A DNA stretch of 64,000 bases from Planctomycetaceae bacterium (GTDB lineage Bacteria > Planctomycetota > Planctomycetia > Planctomycetales > Planctomycetaceae). How positions within the stretch are numbered: position 1 is the stretch's first letter; the number at the start of each line of letters is the position of its first letter. The notes under the pieces were generated by a model, which saw only the letters and a program-made list of their open reading frames with translations, did no database searches and was not told the origin of the DNA. Below, in pieces: positions 12,617 to 26,067 of the stretch. A program made the translations under genes and the position numbers. Location: assembly GCA_050485185.1 (NCBI GenBank), contig JBJHAW010000003.1:27653-91652 (forward strand), in the 5' to 3' direction.

Positions 12617-12818
12617 TGGCTGGGGTCAGATGGCCGCCATGGAGATACCGATATAGATTTCTGGTTCCAGCCATCTGCCCCCAGGATGGCACGCCACTGG
12701 GGGCAAGTTGTTGGGATATTTTTCATGACCAGCGAGAGCTACCTGCAACAACTTGACCCCAGCCACTCCACGCACGAAAAATTTGCTCAAGAAGCAAAAC
12801 ATTAGAACGTTAGTAGCC
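12617..12818. repeat. Repeat family B, copy 2, preceded by a related inverted pair
   Basis: 12688-12818 matches 6874-7004; tggctggggtcagatggc / gccatctgcccccagg pair upstream. Confidence 0.8.
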
Positions 12819-12832
12819 CATGCCGATGGCAT

Positions 12833-14107
12833 TCAGAAGGTGCTGCCGCCACGGAGAAAGATGGTGGGCGACTGCGAGAAATCCCCCTGCTGGGAGGCAT
12901 AGTTGATCTCCCGCCCGATCACCAGGCCCCCTTCCCAGAACAGAGAACGCTGTTCTTGATAGCGAATTTCCGATCCGATGAGCAGACGGTAATCCCGCAG
13001 AGTGAGCAGATCGTTGGTCCCGTCGGCCCGTTCCACGGCCCAGGTACCGCCTCCAAATTCCGCAGCCAGGTATCCCCAGCGTTCGGAATTCTCGTTGCAG
13101 CTCAACTGCCGCAGATAGCGGGGACGGGGGAAGGTTAGCTCCCACTTGGTTCGCTCGTTAGGGGACCAGTTCAGGCCAACCGCCGGGAGCAGTTTCACAT
13201 CATCCCGATTCAAATACACCACGCCGAACATCCATTGCACCTCGGGGGAAGGCATGAAAATCAGCATCCCGGCCCCCGTGGTCCGCCAGGCCTCCGAGCT
13301 GAGATTCTGGTAATCGCTGTTGATCCCGGGCGCGACAATCACTTGCCCGATCCAACGTTTCGACACAGGCAACATCCCCATGAACGAGACCGCCGCCTGA
13401 TGCAAAGTATTGGGGACATCGGTTCGCTGGGGCCCGTTGAGGAACGTCATCTGATATTTGGGGGAGGCCGTCAAGAAAGGGACCCGAGGACTGGTCAGCC
13501 GCAACCGAAAATGGAGATCGGTCAGGCCGTAATCGTCCCCGCTGCCAGGTAGCCAAGTGGCGGTCAGACTGGTTGATTTCCAGACGATCCAGGGTTTATG
13601 GTCATCGGTCTCTGTCAGGCAGTCCGCTGAGAGAGGACTCTCCGCTGAAGCCCCCGGCAATCCGTGCTCGTTGTACTCCCGGAGTTCATCGAAGGGGAGG
13701 CGATCCTCGTCATAACTGAGCAATTCCAGGTCACCCTCGAAAGGGCGTTCCGGACGAAGTGGCTGCATGAACACCCCAGCTGCCTCCCTCTCAGCCAACT
13801 CGCGGGAGCCTTCCTCTCCAGGCAGAATGACACCTTCCAGCCAGACCCCCAGGCCCGAATCGAAATCATTCATCGTCCGCGCGTCGGGAGGGCTCAGCGA
13901 CTCGCTAAAGGGACTGACCGCTTGAAAATCGGCAGGGATTTCCTGCACGCGCACAATTCGAAAGCTGGAGAGGGGATCACGTTCGCCCCCCAGGGAATTG
14001 CCTTCGTCCGCAGAGCCGATTTGCCCCGTCGTCACGGACAATACACCGGCCAGCAACATCAGTAGGCTGAGTTGCCAGATCCATCGAGGAAGGGGAGCAC
14101 AGGCCAT
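12833..14107 (-). CDS. Secreted protein with C-terminal outer-membrane beta-barrel (DUF6268-like)
   Basis: Signal peptide; amphipathic strands (VAPGINSDYQ, LLPAVGLNW, WELTFPRPR, AEFGGGTWA); C-terminal F. Confidence 0.65.
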   Translation of the reverse strand: MACAPLPRWIWQLSLLMLLAGVLSVTTGQIGSADEGNSLGGERDPLSSFRIVRVQEIPADFQAVSPFSESLSPPDARTMNDFDSGLGVWLEGVILPGEEGSRELAEREAAGVFMQPLRPERPFEGDLELLSYDEDRLPFDELREYNEHGLPGASAESPLSADCLTETDDHKPWIVWKSTSLTATWLPGSGDDYGLTDLHFRLRLTSPRVPFLTASPKYQMTFLNGPQRTDVPNTLHQAAVSFMGMLPVSKRWIGQVIVAPGINSDYQNLSSEAWRTTGAGMLIFMPSPEVQWMFGVVYLNRDDVKLLPAVGLNWSPNERTKWELTFPRPRYLRQLSCNENSERWGYLAAEFGGGTWAVERADGTNDLLTLRDYRLLIGSEIRYQEQRSLFWEGGLVIGREINYASQQGDFSQSPTIFLRGGSTF

Positions 14108-14369
14108 GCGAGAAACTGCGGAGACTCATAGGGGAAGCGGGCCGCGCGGTTCGAGACCGCAGACAACGCTCGGGAGGGGAGGAAGTCGTGGAAGTCTTGC
14201 AGCTCAGGCCAGAACGGGTCAAGACGATTTTTTATCAGGGAAAATTTGCAAATCGAAGAGACTGCTGTTTCGTACGGGATGTTAGCTGTTGGATCAGCGA
14301 ATCACAGCCTTTATGCGGACCAATTTTTGTGTCAGCGCAAGGTTTCGATCACCAATGCGGTGCCGGAAT

Positions 14370-15461
14370 TTACTCCCAGTACAGGGATTCAGGATCGATA
14401 TTCAGCGGGAGGGGGCGGAGTGGTTTTCCGGGCGGGGGAGGGGGCAGCAACAAAACGGAAATTTCAGGATGAGCCGCGCAGTAGCTGATGGTTTCCTCAA
14501 GCGACATCACCGAAAAAGCGGTCGAAAGGGCATCGGCCTGGGCAGCAGTGGGCGCCGTGACGGCCACACTCAGCATGTGCTCCACCGGCCAACCGGTGCG
14601 GGGATCAAAAATGTGTCCGTAGCGTTTCCCGGCATATCGAAAATACTGCACCGCGCTGCCGCTTGCGGAAAAACCGCGGTTCGTCAGCACCCAAGTCGCT
14701 AGGCGCCTTTGTGGGAATTGCGGATGCCGAATCCCGATCGGCCAGCCTGCGGAATGATGCTGACCGCGCACCAGGATGCTGCTGTGCCCCCCATACACCA
14801 TGAAATCCTCGACCTCCTCGGCAGCCAGGTGCGCGGCCATTTGATCGAGCGCATACCCTTTCCCCATGCCTCCCAAGTCAAATCCCATGCCTAGCTGCGG
14901 CAGGGTGATGGTCAGGCCGTCGGTGTCGAATTCCACGCCTTGCGGATCACTCAACTGCAGCGCCTGCGCGAGTTCCTGGTCAGTCGGCACACGCCCTACC
15001 CGGCGACATTCCCGCCAGAGTGCATTCAAAGGTGCGGCCAGGGGATTGAAGGCCCCGCCCGTTTCCTGGGAAAGGGTACAGGCTCGTTGCAGCAGTTCGA
15101 ACAGTTCCGGAGTGACCGCGCGGGCTTCCGAACCTGCCGTTCGGTTGAGTTCCAGCAGGTCGCTCGTCTCCCGATACACCGTCAATTGGGATTCAACGGG
15201 ATGCACCATCTCCAACGCATCGGAAGCAGTGATCAACGCGCGGCGTTCCCGAGAGGGGTTCAGAACCACCGCGAACTCACAGTTCATCGCCTGAGTCGCC
15301 AAACGGACGGTATCACGCGATGGTGGCGGGATTCGCCGAGAATCAGACGTCAATTCATCCGCCAGCGCATCTCCCCGCCGTTCGATCTCATGGCGAATCG
15401 CCTTACCAGTCAGAAAATCCCGGCGATTGGCTCCCGGCTTGTCCTCCGCAGAATCGGTCAT
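14370..15461 (-). CDS. apbE: FAD:protein FMN transferase (ApbE family)
   Basis: [47 protein letters not shown]; start placed at MTDSAE (NRRDFL motif). Confidence 0.9.
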   Translation of the reverse strand: MTDSAEDKPGANRRDFLTGKAIRHEIERRGDALADELTSDSRRIPPPSRDTVRLATQAMNCEFAVVLNPSRERRALITASDALEMVHPVESQLTVYRETSDLLELNRTAGSEARAVTPELFELLQRACTLSQETGGAFNPLAAPLNALWRECRRVGRVPTDQELAQALQLSDPQGVEFDTDGLTITLPQLGMGFDLGGMGKGYALDQMAAHLAAEEVEDFMVYGGHSSILVRGQHHSAGWPIGIRHPQFPQRRLATWVLTNRGFSASGSAVQYFRYAGKRYGHIFDPRTGWPVEHMLSVAVTAPTAAQADALSTAFSVMSLEETISYCAAHPEISVLLLPPPPPGKPLRPLPLNIDPESLYWE

Positions 15462-15523
15462 GCGTGGGTGCCTCCCGGATGATGCAGACTCGGTCCCGTC
15501 CGCCATACTTTCCCGACTGGAAT

Positions 15524-16114
<591 letters not shown>

Positions 16115-16235
16115 GAGTATCGTTCGCGTTTTCTAAATTATTGATATCTCTATTTTCAGAGACTCGAAAGGGGTTGTCACATGTCGAAATTTCAGCCCAG
16201 ACCGTTTTTTATCGTAGTGGAGAGAGTAACAAACC

Positions 16236-17657
<1,422 letters not shown>

Positions 17658-18071
17658 CGTTATTCTGCTTCACTCTCTAATGAAATTCTGTTCCCCCCAG
17701 GAGCCCGATCGACACCCCGTCAACCCGCCACCGAGAGAACCCCTGCCAAAAACCAGCCATCTTCCTTCCACTCTACAAAAAACCCCGCCAAGAGCAAGCA
17801 GCGTGCAACCTGGCCTTGTGGTAATCAGCAGACGTGAATTCACTGGACAGGTTCGTTTTTATTTCCACAGAGCAGTCTCCCTCTCCGGTCTCGTTCAAGC
17901 GAAGCAGACCACAAGCTTGCCGAATGGTGCGGGGGTGGGTAGGCTGAGAAATCAGCAAGGGTTGATGTCTCGTGGTTTCTCGGTGGGCTGCGGGGGATGT
18001 TGAAAGCCGGGTGGGTTGGCGGTGTTGAACAGGGGAAACAGCGGTACGTTATTCACATAGCGAGGTGGAGC

Positions 18072-20762
18072 ATGCGGGGGAGTTCGATGGGAATGGTCCG
18101 GGGCCTGGTGCTGGGTTTGGGGTTGGCGATTGGTTTTGCCAGTTCCCCTGGCGTGCTGTGGGCCGAGGATGTCTGGCCGCAGTTGCAGGGGGATGCCCTT
18201 CGGTCGGGGAATGTGGAATGGGCCGAGCTGCCTCAGAATTTGGGGCTGTTGGGGGCGATTCCCTGCAGCGATGCGTTGTACGCGGCTCCGGTTGTGGGGG
18301 GCGGTCGCGTGTATGTGATCGATGGCTCGGGCGTGGTCCGCGCGATTGATGAATCCAGCCAGCAAGTTCTTTGGACTTTTGCCACTCAAGGGGGAGCCGG
18401 CAATTGCAACAACGTGGCGGCCCCGGCTTTGGTGGGGGATTATCTGCACGTCGGCACGATGGCCGGATTTTATTATGTGCTGAATCGCGAGGATGGCTCG
18501 GTGGTGGCGGAGATCGATTGCCAGGAGCCGATTTTCTCCGCTCCGGCTGTCGGGAATGGGCGAGTCTATTTTGCGACTTTGGGGGCTCGTCTGTTTGCCC
18601 TGGAGCCAGCCGGGAAAGTGGTCTGGGAATGGGATTTCGTCCGGGAAGTGGTCGGGTTCGAGGGGGATCGCTGGAGTGGAGCCGACTGGTTGAAACACCG
18701 GGGAGACCGCGTCACCTGGCGGGATCATTTCGTCTGTTCGCGCGATATTAGCCTCGTGGAAAAGACCGTGGTCATGCCGGCCGGGGGGAGAACCATTTTT
18801 GTGGAGGATGCCGGGGAAGAACCGAAACTCCGCACGGTGGGCGAAATCCCGGCTTACGCGGGCTCGGAATACCCGGCCACATTCGGACAGAGTGCCGATG
18901 CGGCGGGGAATGTGTATGTGCAATGGCATCGCCGGGACAACGCCGGGCGGGTGGACATCATGAGCTGGCAGGGGGACGAACTGCAGCACGACTTCGTCCC
19001 GGGCACGGAAACGGCCATTCATCTGCCGGGCTTGTTGAGTTTCGCTGCGGTGGCGATTCGGGATGCCGATGTGTATCGGGTACGGCCCGAACAAGGACTG
19101 GGACTCTGTCGGCATCGGGTCGGCTTGGCAGCCGATGAAGAGGCGACCACGGTTTTGTGCGCAGCCCCCGGAATAAGTCCACCGCTGTTGACCCGCGCGC
19201 ATGTGGTGTATGGAGATTTGACCGGTCGGCTGGTGATCGTTCCGTTGGCGGGCGGGGAACCAACCTATCTACCGACAGCCGGAAATGTGCCGATTTCGGC
19301 TCCGCTGGCCATCGCGAATGGGCGAATTTATGTCCCCAGTGAAGACGGGTATTTGTATGTCTTCGGAGAGAATGGTTCCGCCCCTGTGCCCGAGCAGGAT
19401 TTGGGGGTGACGACCATTCGGAATCCCCTCACCGGTCCGTGGGCAGGCTCCGAGTATGACTGGTACACCAACTACGGCGATTTCAGTGGCACCAATGCGA
19501 ATAATCAGGGACTGGAGACTCCCTTGCGGATGCGGTGGGCTCGTCGGTTAGAGGGGACCATCAAACACCTGCCAGTCTGCGGGGGGGGCCGATTGTATGT
19601 GCACACCGCCGAGGGGCAGATCATCGCGTATGAACAGGACACCGGTCGTCAACTCTGGCGCCGCTACTGGCCCGACGTCTATCTCTCCTTCACCTCGCCG
19701 TTGTTTCATCAGGGAAAACTGCTGATTCCCCAGGCTGGCATCAAACAATCTCAGGTCCGTTGCCTGGATGCAGCGACTGGCGAACTGCTGTGGGATGCCC
19801 CGTTCACCGGTTCCCCCAGTTGGAGTCGGCAGTTTCCTCCCGTGGTAGCAGGCAACGTGGCCATCTATGCCTCGGGCTCCGGAGAATACGCGGCACAAGG
19901 GACCGAAAAACCGTTCACTTTCAAGGGAGACCCCATCCCCACGGAAGATGGCCGCGAAGTGATGAGCTGGATTTACTCCAACGACAACCCCTACTACCCG
20001 AAGGACAACCGGCCTCTGCTGTGGGCGTGGGATATGGAGACGGGCGAACTGCTCTGGCAGCGGGATTTCTCCGAGTACGGTCGGGGCGGGAATGATTGTG
20101 GCATCTGCCTGCACGATGGCAAACTCTATTACTCGACCTTCTTCGGTTATGCGGCCAGTCAACGGGAACGCCGCGGCCTCCCGGCGGAAAACAACGGCTT
20201 GACCGCCTGCCTGGACCCCAAAACCGGCGAAGTTCTCTGGCTCACGACCGATTATTACGTCACCGCGAAATGCACCCTCAGTGCGCGGGACGGCCGACTG
20301 TATATTGGCGGCTTCAACCGGGCCGTCGAGGGGACGAATGACCGTTTCGTCTGGTGCCTGGACACGGCGGATGGCTCTCTGGTCTGGAAGTCGGAACCGG
20401 TCACTTCGGCTCTCAACGTGGTCACCGTGGGGGAACGCTTCATCTTCTCGAACGCGCTGCGGGGACGGGGAAATGTGTTCGATCGGGAGACTGGCCAGGT
20501 GGTGGGGACGGTGGGGCACAACTACGCCTGCTGCCGTTTCACGCTGTCGGAACCGTACGTACTGGGAGCCAACATGGACATGATCGACCTGTCGCAGGAT
20601 GGCAAACTGGTCTCGACCGGCCCGGCCATCGATTCCCGCGAATGCCTCGGCGCAGTCGTCTCGAACGGTCGCATCTTCTACGTCTCCCAAGCCAGCGGCT
20701 TCCTGGTCTCCCAAACCTACGGCCCAGAGTCCTCAGAACTCCCCGCCGTGTGGGAACGGTGA
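18072..20762 (+). CDS. Secreted PQQ-like (BamB-type) beta-propeller repeat protein, two propeller regions
   Basis: Signal peptide; WPQLQGDALRSG and WYTNYGDFSGT propeller starts; many D..TG...W repeats. Confidence 0.8.
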   Translation: MRGSSMGMVRGLVLGLGLAIGFASSPGVLWAEDVWPQLQGDALRSGNVEWAELPQNLGLLGAIPCSDALYAAPVVGGGRVYVIDGSGVVRAIDESSQQVLWTFATQGGAGNCNNVAAPALVGDYLHVGTMAGFYYVLNREDGSVVAEIDCQEPIFSAPAVGNGRVYFATLGARLFALEPAGKVVWEWDFVREVVGFEGDRWSGADWLKHRGDRVTWRDHFVCSRDISLVEKTVVMPAGGRTIFVEDAGEEPKLRTVGEIPAYAGSEYPATFGQSADAAGNVYVQWHRRDNAGRVDIMSWQGDELQHDFVPGTETAIHLPGLLSFAAVAIRDADVYRVRPEQGLGLCRHRVGLAADEEATTVLCAAPGISPPLLTRAHVVYGDLTGRLVIVPLAGGEPTYLPTAGNVPISAPLAIANGRIYVPSEDGYLYVFGENGSAPVPEQDLGVTTIRNPLTGPWAGSEYDWYTNYGDFSGTNANNQGLETPLRMRWARRLEGTIKHLPVCGGGRLYVHTAEGQIIAYEQDTGRQLWRRYWPDVYLSFTSPLFHQGKLLIPQAGIKQSQVRCLDAATGELLWDAPFTGSPSWSRQFPPVVAGNVAIYASGSGEYAAQGTEKPFTFKGDPIPTEDGREVMSWIYSNDNPYYPKDNRPLLWAWDMETGELLWQRDFSEYGRGGNDCGICLHDGKLYYSTFFGYAASQRERRGLPAENNGLTACLDPKTGEVLWLTTDYYVTAKCTLSARDGRLYIGGFNRAVEGTNDRFVWCLDTADGSLVWKSEPVTSALNVVTVGERFIFSNALRGRGNVFDRETGQVVGTVGHNYACCRFTLSEPYVLGANMDMIDLSQDGKLVSTGPAIDSRECLGAVVSNGRIFYVSQASGFLVSQTYGPESSELPAVWER

Positions 20763-20925
20763 GGCTTTGCGGCGTCATTCCATCGCTGTGAATTTCTCGT
20801 CACCTGGAATTGTAAGCATATTGCAACTGCCAATAAAATGGGCATATACGCCGCGTTAATGGTATACTTGGCTTGGGGAACCCTGCGTTGGTAACTCCGC
20901 TTGAATTGTTGAACGAGGACATACC

Positions 20926-21141
20926 ATGAATGACAGTTACAGTGAGGTCCGACGTGTTCGCCATGCGATGTCGGCCTCTGTCGGCCACGATATCAGGAAG
21001 TTGATCGCCATGATCAACGAGCGACGCCCCGAAGTCATGCACCGTATTATCGATCCGGGGACAAAGGCAGAACAATGCGATGCACACAGAACTGCCGACA
21101 GCACGGATTCAAATGGAGAATCCTCATCGACCGCACGGTAA
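20926..21141 (+). CDS. Small hypothetical protein, gene-cassette-like; resembles small PIN-toxin partner proteins
   Basis: GAGGA RBS; MNDSYSEVRRVRHAMSASVGHDIRKLI resembles the MNDPIVEEVRRIR... type (recalled similarity, unsearched); C-terminus reads through a hairpin. Confidence 0.5.
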   Translation: MNDSYSEVRRVRHAMSASVGHDIRKLIAMINERRPEVMHRIIDPGTKAEQCDAHRTADSTDSNGESSSTAR

Positions 21142-21150
21142 TTGCTAACC
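21066..21150 (+). mobile_element. Degenerate attC-like recombination site lacking the 3' GTT core
   Basis: AAC-aat-GCGAT-G-CAC ... GTA-ATTGC-taac pairing with one extra G; internal ggattc/gaatcc stem; GTT replaced by CCG. Confidence 0.4.
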
Positions 21151-21522
21151 CGGCAGGTCCCGGATGCTTGCAACCATTGGGAACCGAAGGCCAGAGAGGT
21201 TTCTGCCATGGAATTTTCTGTGCTCAAGATTCTTTCCAATGGAGTTGGTCAAGCAGTTTACTCAGTAACAAACCAGTACAAAGAGTTTGAGGTGGAATTG
21301 CTCAGCGGGTAGGACCGTTCCGACGAGACGAATCAGTCGGGTTTCAGAAAGCTGCTAACAAATGGAAACCTACCGGGTTTTGGTACTCGCGGCGTAATTT
21401 ACGCCGCCGGTTAAGAAAGCGACTGACACACGAGAACCTTCCTACCAATTTCAGCAGGGCAGATGAGAGCTTGATCTGCGGATATCGTTGGGCTTGCTGT
21501 TGAATTCAGTGAGGGGTGCGTT

Positions 21523-22683
21523 ATGCAACGTTTTGTTTGTTTTGCTGTCTTACTGTCGTGGTCTCTGGCAGTTGGTGGGTGGTCTGGTTCGTTGAGTGGT
21601 GAGGAAATCACGCGGGTCTGGCTGACGCATCGCACGAACACGCCGAGTCATCTGGTGGTGAGTTGGATGTCTTCCGAGCCGGGGGATTCCGTGGTGAAGT
21701 TCGGCCCGGCTGCTGATCAGTTGGAGACCATCCGAATCCAGGGGAAGCGGACATTGCATCATGTCGAAATCCCCCTCGTCGAGCAGGACAAACTGTACCA
21801 TTACCAGGTGCGAACTGGAACGCAGGAGTCGGCATTGGCCACTTTCAAGGGCTATCCGACCGATGTGTTGCGTGTCGCTGTGGTGGCAGATTGGCAAGGT
21901 CAACCCGACCTCTCGGCCCTGATGCAGGACGACCCTCATTTGCTGCTGACGGCTGGGGACAATATCTCGCAATTCTGGCGGTTATGTGAGGAGGGCCAAA
22001 AGGATTGCGTCGAACCGTATGCCCGCCTGGTGGATGCTTATCCGGCCCTGTTCCGCTCGATTCCATTTATGCCAGCCCAGGGGAATCATGATCGGGAGAT
22101 ACGCCCGCGTGGTTCTCAGCCTCCCGAAGAACCGGTGTATGATCTGGAAGCGACCGCTGCCCGCAAATTTTTTGCATTGCCGGATCAGGGCTGGAAGTGG
22201 TCTTTTTCCGTGCCCAATTTTCAGGTGCAGTTCGTGGCCCTCGATTTTCATCACATTTCCGATTTCGGCACCACCTGGCAAAGTTGCCAGCCCTTCGATG
22301 CAGACTCCGCACAGTTCCGCTGGTACCGGAAATTGCTCACGGAACGTCAGCCGCATTTGGTTACACTTTACAACGAACGGAACGCCAGCATCCGTGGACA
22401 AGTCCAGGGAGCATGGCACGAGATGTTCCGTCAGGGAACCTGTTGCATCACCGGTTTCGGTCATTATGCGGAGCGAGCCGAGGTGGATGGCTTCCCCTAC
22501 TACAACACCTCGCTGCAGGGACGGGGGAATCAATATCCCGATCCCCACTCCCGCTTCCTGGCCGGCGCAGACAACTATCTCCTGTTGACCTTCCTCCAGG
22601 ACGGAGCCCTGCGCGTGGAAATCAAATCTCTGACAGGCAAAGTCCTCGACCGTCAGGAATACCAGACTCCCGTAGTCGATTGA
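21523..22683 (+). CDS. Secreted metallophosphoesterase (purple-acid-phosphatase-like, N-terminal FN3-like domain)
   Basis: Signal peptide; VVADWQG, TAGDN, GNHDRE. Confidence 0.78.
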   Translation: MQRFVCFAVLLSWSLAVGGWSGSLSGEEITRVWLTHRTNTPSHLVVSWMSSEPGDSVVKFGPAADQLETIRIQGKRTLHHVEIPLVEQDKLYHYQVRTGTQESALATFKGYPTDVLRVAVVADWQGQPDLSALMQDDPHLLLTAGDNISQFWRLCEEGQKDCVEPYARLVDAYPALFRSIPFMPAQGNHDREIRPRGSQPPEEPVYDLEATAARKFFALPDQGWKWSFSVPNFQVQFVALDFHHISDFGTTWQSCQPFDADSAQFRWYRKLLTERQPHLVTLYNERNASIRGQVQGAWHEMFRQGTCCITGFGHYAERAEVDGFPYYNTSLQGRGNQYPDPHSRFLAGADNYLLLTFLQDGALRVEIKSLTGKVLDRQEYQTPVVD

Positions 22684-22698
22684 GTGTATGTTACGAAC

Positions 22699-23361
22699 TC
22701 AAATGCCGCTGCCGGAGTCGGGATCGGAGTGGGCGGGCCAGGCTTGTTGGCCGATGAGCTTCACGAAGCGGCAGGGGCAGAGTTCTCGGGCGTCCCAGCC
22801 TTCCCGTGTTTTGCGGAAAAGCATGAGATTCTGCGAGTATTCATCCCCGATCGGGATGACGAGCCGACCGTTCAGTTTCACCTGCTCCCAATAACAGGGA
22901 GGAATGCGTGGAGCGGCGGCGGTCACCAGGATGGCATCGTACGGGGCATGCATCGGCAGGCCCTGTGTGCCGTCGCCGGTGAAGTAGGAGATGTTGTCAA
23001 TGCCTTGTTGTCTGAGTGCCTCACGGGCCGCGTTCGCCAGCCGAGCCCAGCGTTCGATGGTGTCAACATGGCTGCAGAGCCGGGCCAACACGGCAGTCTG
23101 GTATCCGCTGCCCGTCCCGATCTCGAGGACCCGTTCGTTACCGGTCAACTCCAGCGACTGTGTCATCAAAGCCACAATGTAGGGCTGGCTGATCGTCTGA
23201 TCGCAGTCGATCGGCAAAGCCCGGTTTTCATAAGCTTCCCCGGCTTGGTCAGCGGACAGAAATGCCTCCCGGGGGAGGGACTCCATGGCTGCCAATACGC
23301 GGGTATCGGTAATGCCCTGGCGGGTCAATTCTTGTATGAGTAAATCCACTTCAGAGCGCAT
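22699..23361 (-). CDS. pcm: Protein-L-isoaspartate O-methyltransferase
   Basis: [39 protein letters not shown]; start moved to avoid overlap with recJ. Confidence 0.94.
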   Translation of the reverse strand: MRSEVDLLIQELTRQGITDTRVLAAMESLPREAFLSADQAGEAYENRALPIDCDQTISQPYIVALMTQSLELTGNERVLEIGTGSGYQTAVLARLCSHVDTIERWARLANAAREALRQQGIDNISYFTGDGTQGLPMHAPYDAILVTAAAPRIPPCYWEQVKLNGRLVIPIGDEYSQNLMLFRKTREGWDARELCPCRFVKLIGQQAWPAHSDPDSGSGI

Positions 23362-23381
23362 CTTTTCCTCACGACTGAAAC

Positions 23382-25184
23382 TCAGGCGGTTCGAGATTCG
23401 TTCGGTCGTGCAGCGGACGCGTCCTTGTCCAATTGGAAAACCTCCTGATCGCTTTTCCAATCAATTAACTGCAATTCCACGTTTAGTTGTCCACGAAATT
23501 CATTGATGCCGGGCTTGAAACACAAAGCCAGCGAACCGGGAACCTGGGCCAACGGTTCGGCCCATTCTCCCCGTCCAAATGCGATTGCCCGCAAAACTTG
23601 TCCATGCTGGCGGACTTTTAAGGAGAGATGCCGGCCCCCTTCTCCCATCGTGCGGGGGGGCTCGACAAGTTGGATGCCAGTCGCCACGAAGACGGGCCTT
23701 TCGTTCGCGCAGCCGAAGGGGCCCAGGTACTCCAATTCCTGAATGGCGCGGACGGACAATTCCTCCAGCACCACCTCGGAATCGATTCGCCGGGGAGCCT
23801 TGATCACCTCAGCACCTGCTTCCGGGCAGGCTGCGGTCTGCAGCGCTTCTCGGAAGGTATTGATCTGTTCGGCCTGGACCTTCACGCCCAAGGCCGCAGG
23901 GTGCCCGCCAAATTGCACCAGATGTTCTGCACAGCGGGAGACAGCGGCATGCAGGTCGAACCCCGCATGACTCCGCCCCGAACCCTGACCGATGCCAGTC
24001 CCGGCCCCCAGCGTGATGAGGATGGCTGGTTTCTCGAATTGTTCGGCGATCCGGCTGGCGACAATACCGATCACGCCGGGATGCCATTCGTGATGAGAGA
24101 CGACGAGCACGGGATGTTCGAGCCATTCGGGATGCTTCTGAATTTCCTCGCGCGCCTGCTTGAGAATTTTCCGCTCGACCGTCTGCCGTTGTTTGTTGAG
24201 ACCATCGAGATACTCGGCGAGTTGGGCGGCCCGGGATTCGTCCTCGGTGATCAGCAGTTCGACAGCCAGTCGTGCCTGGCCGAGTCGTCCGGCAGCATTC
24301 AGACGGGGGGCCAGGCTAAAGCCGATATCCTCTGCACTGAAAGCCGATTTCTTTGTCAGTTCGCAAACTCGCAACAACGCCCGCAAGCCTGCGCCCGCCT
24401 GTTTCTGCAGGGTGCTCAACCCATACTTGACGATCAGGCGGTTCTCCCCCACCAAAGGGACCACGTCGGCCACGGTGCCGATCATCGCCAGACCCACTGC
24501 TGATTTCAAAAACTCACGCAACCGCTCGTTGGCCCGTTGTCCATTGCCGAGTTGTTTGCTGACTGCCCAGGCCAGTTTCAAGGCGACTCCCGCTCCACAC
24601 AAATCTGGAAAGCAGTCTGCTGCGGGGTCAATCCGCGGATGCACCACCGCGGCTGCCTCCGGGAGTTCTGCCCCGAATTGATGGTGATCGGTGATGATCA
24701 ACTCCAGCCCCAATTCGCGGGCCAGGCGGGCTTCTTCTAAGCTGGCGACGCCACAATCGACCGTGATCAACAACCGCTCGGGGTCCTCCCGATGCAATTC
24801 CCGGATGGCCTCGCTGTTCAACCCGTAACCTTCCTCCATTCGGCAGGGAATGTAGTAGTCGGTCCGGGCATCGACGGACTGCAGACAACGGGTGAGAATG
24901 GCCGTGGAGGTCATCCCGTCCACATCATAATCGCCGTAGATGGTGATCCGGCGTTTATCCCGAATGGCGCGGACAATCCGCTCGGTGGCGGCTTCAATGC
25001 CCGGGGTTTGCTCGGGGTCCAGCAGGTGTTGCAAATTCCCGGTCAGAAACGCCTTCGCTTCCACGGGATCCCCCAGCCCACGCGACAACAGCACCTGTGC
25101 CAGCAGCGTTGAGCAACGCATCTGTCCGGCCAGCGCGCGAGTGCGCCCGCTGTCATGAGTGGTGAACTGCCAATTCCGTGGCAT
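23382..25184 (-). CDS. recJ: Single-stranded-DNA-specific exonuclease RecJ
   Basis: [48 protein letters not shown]. Confidence 0.96.
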   Translation of the reverse strand: MPRNWQFTTHDSGRTRALAGQMRCSTLLAQVLLSRGLGDPVEAKAFLTGNLQHLLDPEQTPGIEAATERIVRAIRDKRRITIYGDYDVDGMTSTAILTRCLQSVDARTDYYIPCRMEEGYGLNSEAIRELHREDPERLLITVDCGVASLEEARLARELGLELIITDHHQFGAELPEAAAVVHPRIDPAADCFPDLCGAGVALKLAWAVSKQLGNGQRANERLREFLKSAVGLAMIGTVADVVPLVGENRLIVKYGLSTLQKQAGAGLRALLRVCELTKKSAFSAEDIGFSLAPRLNAAGRLGQARLAVELLITEDESRAAQLAEYLDGLNKQRQTVERKILKQAREEIQKHPEWLEHPVLVVSHHEWHPGVIGIVASRIAEQFEKPAILITLGAGTGIGQGSGRSHAGFDLHAAVSRCAEHLVQFGGHPAALGVKVQAEQINTFREALQTAACPEAGAEVIKAPRRIDSEVVLEELSVRAIQELEYLGPFGCANERPVFVATGIQLVEPPRTMGEGGRHLSLKVRQHGQVLRAIAFGRGEWAEPLAQVPGSLALCFKPGINEFRGQLNVELQLIDWKSDQEVFQLDKDASAARPNESRTA

Positions 25185-25292
25185 GTCGCTGGTTATCTCC
25201 TGTCAGGCTTGAACCGTCCGCGCTCCGTGTCCCGTGACCGGATGAGGCAGACGGCCTGCTGATGATGTGTTGTCTAGGGGGATTGTGTTGCT

Positions 25293-25437
25293 GTGTTACT
25301 GAAGTACTGACGTTTTCAAGTTTGCTTCTTGCGTAAATTTTCTGCATCGTCGCGGGAAGCATGTGCGATTTCCTACTCCGCACTTTGATCAATATGTAAC
25401 CATCGTCTTCGTTCACGTTGCGTCAGGCGGGAGCCTG
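25293..25437. repeat. Repeat family C, copy 1
   Basis: Matches 45076-45249, including accatcgtcttcgttcacgttgcgtcagg. Confidence 0.75.
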
Positions 25438-26067
25438 ACCTACTTTTCTCTGAGCCCTCTGTGGCTATTTTTTCTGCGATCCATTTGACTGACAACGGAT
25501 TGGCGATGGTAACCGGGTTGGCACATTCACTGGCGGACAAGCCGACCAGTGCCACCCGAATTGAACAAGGTCTTCAACAGGCCCATCCAACCGCAACGGC
25601 CAGGGGACTGACGCCCCCCGCTCGCCTCTTTCTGAAACCCCAAACCCGATTGCGGCCCAAGGCCGGGGGGCGGGCGGGGAGTGTAACAGATACCGGAAGG
25701 GGCATTCAACGATGCTCCCCCCAGCCCGTAACTCAGTGGCATATTTTCGCCACTGGCTGTCCCCGATTCATGACCTGCGGATCGACATTCGCGAAGCGTC
25801 AGTGTCTCAAGTCGCCAGCTGATTGACAAGCTCCCCCCGCATACCCAACAATAACTGTTGATCGGTCGGCTGCGAAACGAGCCGCGGACCCGACTGTCTC
25901 TCCCAGATTTCCAGTTCTGGTATGATCGCGGACTGTCTCTGGAATCAGGCCGGTTTGCCCCTAACCTGCAGGCTGAGGCCCCCTCGATGGGACCTCGGTT
26001 GTCTGTGGTTTTCTGTCGGCAGGGGCTCTCTGGTGATAAGATGTGGTGCGCTCAGAAAGGCTGCAGA

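Noticed and set aside
25823-25852. TTGACA upstream of the DUF1080/heme gene
   Set aside because: No acceptable -10 hexamer at 16-18 nt spacing
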